DNA from: Trichosphaerium sp. ATCC 40318
Taxonomy: Eukaryota; Protista; Tubulinea
Assembly (NCBI GenBank): GCA_038496445.1
Contig: JALMLS010000204.1
Coordinates: forward strand, 124,001 to 188,000
Direction of reading: 5' to 3'
Length of the DNA: 64,000 nt
Shown here in pieces: positions 40,296-49,578 of the stretch (position 1 is its first letter; each line of letters begins with the position of its first letter). The position numbers and the translations under genes are program-made. The notes beneath the pieces were generated by a model, which worked only from the letters and a program-made list of their open reading frames with translations, was not told the DNA's origin and did not search any database.

Positions 40296-41384
40296 ATGGT
40301 TGAGGAGAAACTAAGTGTTTTCCGTAAAGATTTGGAGCATTCGTTGGAAGGGTTTTTTACGCGAATGATGGATACGGTAATGGAGGAATCACGAAAGCAT
40401 GGTGCTGACAATGGTTCAAGAACGCCTGTGGAAGTTCTACCAACTCCAAGTACGCAAAAAACGCCTAGTAGGGCGACGTGGGATGAAGTTAAGGCGTCAG
40501 AAGCCCTCCAGTCGAGAGCTGACGATGTCTTGATGGATATCCAAAAACGTTTGGGTGGTGGACCTAATGAGTCATTAGGTACCGCCAAGTTGTCTAGTAT
40601 GACACAAAGGGGCGCCATGCAGGAGCAGGCGAGTGGGAAAGAATCCGCAGTTGACCAAAAGGGTGGATTGGCAGCTATGCGCTCGATTCTTGGGCGTACA
40701 CCTGACGGCATGAATGCGGACACTCAAAAGGTCCGTTTCAAGCTTTGGCGTGAAGCTCCTCTACTGACAGGTGTGTTCAGAAGTGGGCTGCACATGCCAG
40801 TGTACTACTTGCACTATGTGGTGCCGGCAACGGCAATGGAACCGGTGGTTCTCACAAAGAAAGCAACGACAGCCCCAAAGGTCTATCCGATAAAAAACGT
40901 CGCAGATCGTTTGACTCGGATGCAGACCGTGCTGCTGCAGCTAAAAGAAGACGCAAGGAGCGGTCTAATCAACAGCGCTCAGCTAAAAAGTTACGAAATG
41001 TATCATCAGCTGCTGGTGGAGTTGTCTTCAACTTTAACACTTACGCGGGTAAGTAAGTTTGACAACGCAGTTAGGCGTTACTGGGAAAAATCCAGTGGAT
41101 CTTATGATTTTCCTTCTATGATTTCTACCTTGTATTTAGGTGGTGCTGTCGGTGAGCAAGAAGAGGAGGAGGATCAGGGTAGCCCCTCAAGGCGAAGGGA
41201 TCGCAATGGCGGAAAGTATTCCGAATGGGCATTGGCTTTGGGGCGTAGGCACAATACGTGCATTGATTATAACCTCAAGGGTTATTGCCACTTCATGAAG
41301 AAGTTTGGTGATTGTAGACGTAAGCATGCTTGTATGTTTTATGGTGAGGAAGACCACGTCTACAGGGAATGTAAGAAAAAATGA
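40296..41384 (+). CDS. Retrotransposon gag-like ORF with C-terminal CCCH-type zinc finger
   Basis: CIDYNLKGYCHFMKKFGDCRRKHAC...HVYREC, located upstream of the RT ORF. Confidence 0.85.
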   Translation: MVEEKLSVFRKDLEHSLEGFFTRMMDTVMEESRKHGADNGSRTPVEVLPTPSTQKTPSRATWDEVKASEALQSRADDVLMDIQKRLGGGPNESLGTAKLSSMTQRGAMQEQASGKESAVDQKGGLAAMRSILGRTPDGMNADTQKVRFKLWREAPLLTGVFRSGLHMPVYYLHYVVPATAMEPVVLTKKATTAPKVYPIKNVADRLTRMQTVLLQLKEDARSGLINSAQLKSYEMYHQLLVELSSTLTLTRVSKFDNAVRRYWEKSSGSYDFPSMISTLYLGGAVGEQEEEEDQGSPSRRRDRNGGKYSEWALALGRRHNTCIDYNLKGYCHFMKKFGDCRRKHACMFYGEEDHVYRECKKK

Positions 41385-41390
41385 AAACTT

Positions 41391-42965
41391 GTGGGCATGG
41401 AGGTGAATAAAAAGAATTGTTTTCAAATTGCGTCTGTGTCTGAATGTGTGAGTGTGTGGGAAGCGTTTATGGTTGAGGATGAGGATTGGCCATGGTTACG
41501 TAGTTGGATAGTATCTGGTATCAAGGTAGTACCAGAAGGAACGGTGGTGATTGAGTCAAAGTTAACTAACTCAAGCACGTGTAAAGAATGGGAAGAGTTG
41601 TTGTCACAAGATATAGAAAGGGAAGCTAAGTTGGGATGGATATATCCGTCAGAGATTGGGAGAAAGGTCAATAGGTTGGCAGTAGTACCTAAGTATGATG
41701 ACTATGGTAAGTTTAGAAACAAGATAAGGCGGTTGGTGTGCTTGAATCTTCCAGAGGGTATGTCAACAAATGATTTGGCAGATGCGCCAGGTTTTTCATT
41801 GAGGGCGTTTAAAGAGGCGATTGAATGGGTTAGACACCTTGGATATGATGTGGTGTTAGGTAAAATTGACATGTTCTGCGCATACAGGATGTTGCCCATT
41901 GCGCCAGAGGATCATGATATGTTTGGTTTTATGTGGAAGGGTATTTATTATCGAGACGGTCGACTACCATTTGGGTGGAATTGGGCACCTTGGTATTTTG
42001 TCAAAGTTATGAACATGATATCAAGGGCGTTTGCAAAATTGGGTTACAAGGCACATGTAGTGTACATTGATGACTGGTTGATTATTGCTAGAACAAAAGA
42101 GGAATGTGGGAAAGCAATGTGGGTGTTAACTCGTTTATTACGAGACTTAGGTTTTATTATTACAGAGGAAAAAATGGAAGGTCCAACTAAGCAGTTAATA
42201 TTTCTGGGGTACAAGTTGGATATGAACAGTTTGGAGATATCACTGACGGGCAAAATGAAAAGGAAGATTAGGGTTATGCTGGATGAAACCCTAAAGGCAA
42301 ATAGGGTTAGGGTTAAGGATTTACAAAGTGTAGCAGGTACACTTAATTTTGCAGCACAAGTAGTCTATGGCGGTGCTACATTCTTGAGGCGCATATATGC
42401 AAACATGGCTGGAACGGGTTCCAATAACAGATGGGTTAAATTGTCTAAAGGTTCCAAGGAAGATTTATTATGGTGGTCTAAGTTTATGGATATGTGGGAT
42501 GGGAAAGCAGTGTTAATTAAACCGTTGGAGAAGGTTAGCACATGGGTACAAACAGATGCGTCAGGGTTTGCAGCAGGCGCTTTCTTTGACAACCAGTGGT
42601 TGGTACATAAGTTTGTTGGGAAAGAAAAAGACTGGCATATTGGGGTTAAAGAGCTTTATGCTTTTTGGATGGCTGTAAAGGAATGGGGTCATTTGTGGAA
42701 AAATAAGGAACTAGTCAATGTGTTTATCGACAATACAGGCACAGTTTCACATGTGAAGAAATTGGTGGCCAAGAAAGAAGTTTTTATGGGGTTTGTGAGA
42801 GATATACAAACATGGTCAGCGGTGCACAGGTTTAGACTGTGCCCAAAGTATATTAAATCGGAAGAGAATGTGTTGGCGGATCCACTCTCCCGGCTTAAAT
42901 TTGGTGTTTTCCGAAAGGAGCTCAAAAAACAAGGGATTTTTAAGGTGTCTGGTAGGTTCATTTAA
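41391..42965 (+). CDS. Reverse transcriptase / RNase H (DIRS-type)
   Basis: KIDMFCAYRML, RLPFGWNWAP, VYIDD and FLG in RT; TDAS, KELYA, IDN and NVLADPLSR in RNase H. Confidence 0.96.
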   Translation: MGMEVNKKNCFQIASVSECVSVWEAFMVEDEDWPWLRSWIVSGIKVVPEGTVVIESKLTNSSTCKEWEELLSQDIEREAKLGWIYPSEIGRKVNRLAVVPKYDDYGKFRNKIRRLVCLNLPEGMSTNDLADAPGFSLRAFKEAIEWVRHLGYDVVLGKIDMFCAYRMLPIAPEDHDMFGFMWKGIYYRDGRLPFGWNWAPWYFVKVMNMISRAFAKLGYKAHVVYIDDWLIIARTKEECGKAMWVLTRLLRDLGFIITEEKMEGPTKQLIFLGYKLDMNSLEISLTGKMKRKIRVMLDETLKANRVRVKDLQSVAGTLNFAAQVVYGGATFLRRIYANMAGTGSNNRWVKLSKGSKEDLLWWSKFMDMWDGKAVLIKPLEKVSTWVQTDASGFAAGAFFDNQWLVHKFVGKEKDWHIGVKELYAFWMAVKEWGHLWKNKELVNVFIDNTGTVSHVKKLVAKKEVFMGFVRDIQTWSAVHRFRLCPKYIKSEENVLADPLSRLKFGVFRKELKKQGIFKVSGRFI

Positions 42966-44020
42966 CTAGTGTAGATTTAAAGAGGAAAGTTGAAGAAAAA
43001 AGGAAAGAATTGGTAGCGTATGCGTACCCAGTCACGACGCAGAAGAATCGTAGATCAGCTTGGAAAGCAATGATCATGGCCTTGTTGGCTTTGGATATAC
43101 CTCAGGAGAGGTGGTTTCCTCTCGATGAATTTGCGTTAACGTCTGTGGTGGCGTTATGGTCTAAAGAAGAAAACGTGGAGGGTGGTTTGAAACCTGACAC
43201 GATAAGGGTTTACTTATCACATTGGGTATGGTTGTGTAAGAGATTGGGTTATGGCGATCCGAGAATGGATTGTGTGGGTTACTATGATATGTTAAGGGGT
43301 ATGAGGCGCAAGTTTGGTGATAAGGTTGAGAGAAAAAGACCTATTACACCGAAGATATTACACGAAATCAAGGTGATTTTAGATTTTCGAAGAGTGCGTG
43401 ATGTGGTTTATTGGTGTGCGGCAATGTTTGCGTTCTGGGGCATGCTGAGGGTTGGCAATGTGGTACCAAGACGAGAGGACTCGTTTCAAATGGATAGACA
43501 TGTTGCATTGGATAATATCAAGATGTCAAAGTTTGGGTTTTGGCTAGGTGTCAAACAAACAAAGACGATTTTATTTAGGGAAAGAATTCACACAATACCG
43601 TATGTATTGATGGAGAATGAATTGTGCCCGGTAAAGGCACTTCAAAGGATGTTGAAGGTGGCTAAAACCACGAAGGGTGGGTCAGCATTTAGGTATAAGG
43701 TTAAGAATAGGTATATTCAAATGACGTATGCAAAGTTTGTGAAGAGAACGAGGGATGTTCTCAATGGTTTAGGTTATGATTCAAAAGAGTATGCAGGGCA
43801 TTCCTTTAGAAGAGGTGGTGCCACTTTTGCATCAGCAGCAGGTGTGTCTCCTGAGATGATCAAAGTGATGGGCGACTGGCGGTCAGATGCATATCTGATA
43901 TATGTAGTGTTATCAGAAGAGCAAAGGGTTCATAATCCGAAGTTAATGGCGGATTTTTTGAAGACAGCAAGTGCGCAGGTCTTAGACAAGATTGGAGTAG
44001 ATGGGCCTTCATGGTTATAA
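42956..44020 (+). CDS. Tyrosine recombinase
   Basis: Catalytic set GMLR, KT, LCPV, GHSFRRGGA and GDWRSDAYLIY. The frame is open from 42956, with no ATG until about 43070. Confidence 0.95.
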   Translation, partial: VHLTSVDLKRKVEEKRKELVAYAYPVTTQKNRRSAWKAMIMALLALDIPQERWFPLDEFALTSVVALWSKEENVEGGLKPDTIRVYLSHWVWLCKRLGYGDPRMDCVGYYDMLRGMRRKFGDKVERKRPITPKILHEIKVILDFRRVRDVVYWCAAMFAFWGMLRVGNVVPRREDSFQMDRHVALDNIKMSKFGFWLGVKQTKTILFRERIHTIPYVLMENELCPVKALQRMLKVAKTTKGGSAFRYKVKNRYIQMTYAKFVKRTRDVLNGLGYDSKEYAGHSFRRGGATFASAAGVSPEMIKVMGDWRSDAYLIYVVLSEEQRVHNPKLMADFLKTASAQVLDKIGVDGPSWL

Positions 44021-44025
44021 AGGCT

Positions 44026-44415
44026 TGGGATGGGTCTCTGGCTACGTTGATCCAGGTAGGGTCGCAGCCGAGCGAGACGGAGTCTCTCCTCCAATCTGGT
44101 AGTGTTGGACTAACAAGAACAAGTGAATCTAATGACGGTACAAATAGTATTTTACCGGCGTTTGATAAGCGGGGTAGTTTGTTACTTAAGGTAGTTTCCA
44201 GTGTAACAACTTCGGTGAGTAGCAGTTCAATCAATGACAGATTACGATAGAAAAAGTTTTTTAATGTAATGTAATTTATTGATTTGTACAAGAGATTAAT
44301 CCAATAAATGGGATGGGTCTCTGGCTACGTTGATCCAGGTAGGGTCGCAGCCGAGCGAGACGGAGTCTCTCCTCCAATCTGGTAGTGTTGGACTAACAAG
44401 AACAAGTGAATCTAA
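44026..44415 (+). repeat. B1-A2-spacer-B2 terminal repeat block
   Basis: B1 (44026-44132) equals B2 (44309-44415), 107 bp each. A2 is 44133-44256. AATAAA lies at 44303-44308, immediately before B2. Confidence 0.97.
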
Positions 44416-44486
44416 CAAAAAAATAAGCGGTTTTACTCGCAAATTGACTATTAGCGACTACGAATGGCTCCATTGGCACGCAAACC

Positions 44487-45888
44487 ATGTCGCGCGTTCG
44501 GGTTCACCTTATGGTGCTTCCAATCGAATTACAAGAAAAAATCGCGCGGTATTTATCAAAAACGCCTCTTGTCCATTTTAAACGAACGAATAAGCAGTTG
44601 TATAACATTTCTAAGCGAACGCCTGTAGGAAAGGTGCATTTAATAACTAATAACGTTTTTTTGACAAAAAAATGCTCCAAATCAACTTAAACGCTCAAAT
44701 AGGTTCTGAATCACGTATACAAAGCGATTTACCTAGTAAAACAACATTATTGTGATTGTCCTCCTTCTTTTACATGCAAACACCTACGAGAAGGCGTGGC
44801 TAATAACATACTCACGGATGTGTGCCTTGGACCTTCCAATCAAGTGCGACACGCAGAACTAATGAATTTTTTGAAAATGTCAAAAAATAACCGTTGAGCT
44901 GACTGTCCAAAAGGTTTTCGCAATTTGTGGTAACGAAGGGATCTATACACTTGATTTAAACACAGGAGATTTGAAAATGTCAAGGCGCTTTGTATCAAGG
45001 AAGAAGAGATTATTGTGCCTAACATACTCTCCATTACGTGATACTCTTTTTGTTTACAGTGATCATCGCACTGTTGAATCAATACCTCCCATAGAGAGGA
45101 ATGTATCATCTTCTGCATCTACTACAAAGCGTAAGTGAAGTACTTTGATATTAACCTTAAGCTTGCACGTGTTTGTCATTAATGGGTTATTAATAGAATG
45201 GTATTCGATGAGTTTGCAAGATGGATCAGAACATATTGTTGCTCTAAGTGCTTACTTTATGCATTTCTTTAACGTTGATGATGCTATCACTACAGACTCT
45301 GTCTATATAGCACCTACATTTACAACAGTACACGCAATGAGTAGATACTATCAAGGTGCATATATAGCCCATAGTACTCCACAAGTGTGTCATTTTGTAA
45401 AAGACAATGTGACGACTGTAATCACAACAGAAGAACAGATGGGTGGTTTTATTATTGTTTCTATGGCTGTTGATAATAATGGTACTCTTTATATGCTATC
45501 AAAGAAGGAAGGCGTACTACAATTGCATACATATATCGACGGTAATATTGTAAAACTCAAACTTGATATTTCTTTGGATTTGTTGAACACGTTTGACGTG
45601 AAACTCTTTTATGTTGGTCGGTACCTACTCATCAGTGGTGTTGCTGTCGGCCATGAAGTTACTGGTAGATGTCATCTTATTCGCATAGAACTCACGGTAC
45701 TGCGAAATACGCTGTGTAACGTATGAATTTAGAGCTAACTTTTCGTTTTTTCTTTAAAGTCGTTGGGACTTGGCAGAAAGGTTATGGATAAAAAACGCGT
45801 CTGGAGATCACACGGTGAAGTTAACATCAATAATAAACGACCTAGGATATCAGTTCCCAAAGTATCTCATAAGGCACGTGATATTTGA
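44487..45888 (+). CDS. F-box protein with SWIM-like CxC..CxH motif and beta-rich (propeller-like) region
   Basis: HLMVLPIELQEKIARYL F-box; exon 2 HYCDCPPSFTCKHL; later VFAICGNEGIYTLDLNTG and SMAVDNNGTLYMLS. It may continue into the next gene. Confidence 0.65.
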
Positions 45889-46015
45889 TCAAACCAATCA
45901 AAAAAGTAACAAAAAGGGACAAAAAACGTTTGTTTTTTGAGAAACTGGCGGTAAAAATGATTCGACTGTTTACACTCTTTACACTTCCCTACACCTTAAT
46001 TAATACAATATTAAG

Positions 46016-48684
46016 AGTTTTGGAGCGAAACCAAACACAGTACCAGCAAAGAAACCAGAAGTATTTACTATCGCTCAAGTAGTCAATGCAGGTGTTACTT
46101 CAGTAACCGTAAGGTACAGAGCACTTTTTTTTGTTTTGTTTCCAAAACTAAGTTCCAAAAAAACTCGTAGGGCAAGAGTCTTGAATGTTTCAGAAGTTCA
46201 ACCGACAGATTCTGGTCATTTTATAGACGCTAAACTATCTGATACAACAGGAACAATCACGTACGAAACCACCAAATTTTTTTACAAAACAAAGAATCAC
46301 GTGATCAGTGTCATTTCGCATTTTTTTCGCTTTCTTATCTTATTTTTCAGGTTTCGACTTTATGATCGATTTATTCAAAGCTTTGCACAGCTTCTGCGTG
46401 GTGTCAATAAGGTGCGAGTTCACATCACTTTTTATTTTGAGCTAGAACTATTTTTTGGTTTTTTTGAACTAGTTCAATACTTGTTGATGCTGACGTTGTT
46501 GATGCGCTAGGTTTTCTATATTGCATATGCTAAGCGTGGTAGAAATTCATGTTATTTATTTGCAAATAGTGCTACTAAAGTTTTTACACAAGAAGACGGA
46601 GAGGCGTTTCTAGGCGGTAAGCACAACCAAAGCACGATGCAAACTAATTTTTCTTAAGTGAAGCGTACCAACATGCCACCAATAGCACAGCGGCAACCGT
46701 TGCCCCTCCCACAGCAATTTCCTTGCGACAAAAATCCATTACCAGTTCCTAAGGTGGCGCCACTCCCAAAACCTGTTATGCCAGCCAAAATACCAATTAA
46801 GACACCGAAACTGGAAGGTATAAAAAGAGAGACGAAACAGACTCCTCAGGACTTCTTGCAGTGTTCCGAATCTCAATTTGCAGAGAGTGCTTGCTCTCTT
46901 GAGTCTATTGAACCCAATCATTTCTCAACACCAGATGCATATGAGTCTCTTAGAAGGCCAGCAGTGAGCTCAACAAAAAAGCAGAATTACTTATCATCAT
47001 TATCGTCTGCTGAATATCTCACACCTGGTGAGTCTATGGCTGCTGCTCAAAGGCTTATAAGCCCTCCTGAGGTTCAGTCACCTGAACCTGGACATGAGGA
47101 GACAACACCTGAAGGACAAACACAATACCACCAGGTATCTCAATACACCAAGGTTTTCGAATGTACGACAAAAAGTTTTGTATACTTAATGCTGATTCAA
47201 GTGGTTAGTCGCTCTTGTTGGCGAAAATAATCGTACAGGCTTCGATATCGATCCATCGCGATTAAGCGTAATGTTGGCACCTAGGAAGGCAAAACTCAAG
47301 GTTCAACGCAATACCGAAGGTGCATTCGAAGTAAGTCTTTTTTTTTTGCATAAATAATGAAGCAGTATTAACTTCTTATTTTAAAACAGGTGATGCTGAG
47401 CGATCGGGCTGATAACGTCATGGTCAATTATAATGATAAGCTCATGTGTAAGAATACTATAAAGTATACTGGAGGCGAAGGCGTTATACCTCGTGTGAAA
47501 GTTAAGATAAAGAATCCAAGAAGAGAACATAAATCATTGTCATCTGCGCCAAAAAAACCAACAAGTGCTGAACAACAGGAAATATGGACAAACGATGCTG
47601 CATCTCCACCACATAATCCTAGAAAGTTTGCCTTTATTGTGGCTTCATCAGTGCGTATTGTATGTTTTTTAAAAAAGTATTAATGGGTTTTGTGAAGAAG
47701 CATCAATATCTACCTGACCTTGGAGACGATTGTGTTGTTAGTTCTCAACTTTTAATGGTAAGAAAAAAATGAGATTGAATAAGTTTTTTTTGGTTTTTCT
47801 TTCATTTGGGATTTTGGTTGACACGTGACAAATGGATATTCTAACACATTTTAATTCTAATATTTGGTTTTGTTAAGGGCCGACTTGAAGAATTAGGGTG
47901 GTTTGTTACGATAGTGGAAAATCCTTCGTCTTTGAAGTTCGATGCTACATTTGAAGAATTTATAAATTTATTGCCTGTTGATGCAACTGTAAGTCCCTTG
48001 TATTTTTTTCACTTTGACGTTTACTAATGTATAAAATAGGTACTACTCTCTTTTACAGGATATGGCTTACATACAAAAAATAGAGTACGTCCAAAGGAAT
48101 AAAGTAATTTGTTTTCCTCTTTTGACATTAATTTTTCTTGTTTAGGATTGGCTTTGTTTTAGCGATACTGATTTAACCTCAAGTTGCGCTGGTGATGTTG
48201 TTAGGCCATTAGCTCATATTCTCGCGAGTACTCGAGCAAAGAGCCCAAAGGTAAGTTCATTGTTTGTGAAAGAATTTGACGGTGATTAATCTTTCTCACT
48301 AGAACACCATTCTCTTTTGTGATGTTGTTCCGCCTGAGAGATTCAGGTACAGCTTTTCTAACCTTCAACTCTTTTGGCTTTTCGACAAATAACCAACCAT
48401 TTAATAGGCCAGTTAATGGACCAAGAATTGCTAAACCAGGATTGTTTTGCTTAGGCGCAGGTAACCTTAATTTAGAAGATGTTTTGTTAATTTTTTTATT
48501 TTTAGGATCTAGTAGTAACAGCATTCCTGGGAAACTCACGGATGATCTTTGTGATAATATTAAACGTGGTATGTCACTTGTTGATGTTTGTCGCAATGTC
48601 CGTAAAACTGTCATGAAGTCGGCAGGAACAAGGTTAGTTGTACCTTGGAATTTCTCAACAATGACTGAGAACGTGTATTTTTAA
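46016..48684 (+). CDS. OB-fold + Pro-rich linker + catalytically inactive caspase-family (C14) domain; start unresolved
   Basis: VTVR|ARVLNVSE...FIDAKLSDTTGTIT|FRLYDRF is an RPA-type OB fold. The C-terminal region reads RKFAFIVAS...RLEELGWFVTIVEN...VLLSFTGYG...ILFCDVVP...VRKTVMKSAGTRLVVPWNFSTMTENVYF*. Confidence 0.7.
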
Positions 48685-48847
48685 ACAATAAAGACATTGG
48701 TATTACTAGCTTCGATTTTGATGTCTTAACGCACCTAAGCGAGCACTGAACTACGGCAGTTTTCCTAAAGGAAAAAAAAAGGAAACAATGCCTAGAAGGC
48801 CAACGATAATCAGACAAGTAATAAACAGTACTTTTTCTTACTCTTGC

Positions 48848-49325
48848 CTTTTTTGTCGACACACAGAAACTGGCTTATCACGCTTTAAAAAGGCTGTAGA
48901 TTGTAGTGCGAAGGTTTTTAGGGCGTATTTGCTACTGGGCGTATAATCGAACGAAAAGTGCCGTTTTATGCCTGTATTCAGCAAATACGCTCTAAAAACA
49001 CTCGCCATTCGCTAAAAATTTGCGTTTTCTGAACGTAAAACAACAAATATACACCAAAAAAGAAACCCGTTTTGTTGTGTGACCCAAATTTCGTTTTCTA
49101 TTTTGTTTTTTTGTTTAAAACGTGAGCAAAACGTCATCTGCAGGCCTGTTCTTGTAACACATCATCTATTGTATCACTTTATAATACATAGGTGGTGACA
49201 AGAACAGACTTAGAGACTCAACAGCGCCTAATTTTCTTCGGTGAAGTGCTCTAAGTTGCACCAGAAACAGTGTGTTTTCTTTGAAAAAGCAAGATAAGCC
49301 AGTTTCTGGTGTGTCTACAAAAAAG
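48848..49325. repeat. Fold-back region: about 33 bp outer inverted repeat enclosing three hairpins
   Basis: 48848-48879 is the reverse complement of 49293-49325 with 1 mismatch and 1 indel. Hairpins lie at 48908-49005, 49133-49217 and 49257-49313. Confidence 0.8.
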
Positions 49326-49578
49326 TGCTATCGAAAGAAAAAGCCCAATTCACCACTCGTTCGTTTTTAGGACCTAATTTACTCGTACTACGTACTCGTT
49401 AAATAAACGGACCGAAAAACTACTCGTTGCAAAAAGGAACACTATCATACAACAAAAAAAAGGTTTTGTCCAAATTTTACTTATACACCTACATTGCTTT
49501 TCTCTGGTCTACAACAAGCGTCCTTATACTGTACGTTTAGTATACGTATTCTTTCTCTTCTTCTTCTCCTACTAGTAT

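Larger units (their letters stand above)
39746..44415 (+). mobile_element. Tyrosine-recombinase (DIRS order) retrotransposon with split direct repeats, Ngaro-like
   Basis: Layout is A1(39746-39869)-gag-RT/RNaseH-YR-B1(44026-44132)-A2(44133-44256)-52 bp spacer-B2(44309-44415). There is no target-site duplication and no methyltransferase domain. The element is higher in G than the host sequence. Confidence 0.96.

Noticed and set aside
41382-41384. Alternative genetic code with TGA as sense
   Set aside because: The Ariadne gene ends in TGA, and Trp is encoded by TGG throughout.
44126-44165. Hammerhead ribozyme at the B1/A2 junction (CTAATGA + stem)
   Set aside because: The core is CTAATGA rather than CTGATGA, and the stem is not followed by GAAA.
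43860-44581. ORFs 43860-44291, 44011-44250 and 44330-44581
   Set aside because: They are incidental frames over the non-coding terminal repeats.
48863-48879. ACAGAAACTGGCTTAT resembles the RNase P RNA CR-V motif
   Set aside because: No matching upstream CR-I (GGAAAGTC) able to form P4. The motif is explained as one arm of the inverted repeat.
48913-48923. GGTTTTTAGGG as a telomeric or telomerase-template motif
   Set aside because: It is a single copy buried in a hairpin stem, with no supporting context.
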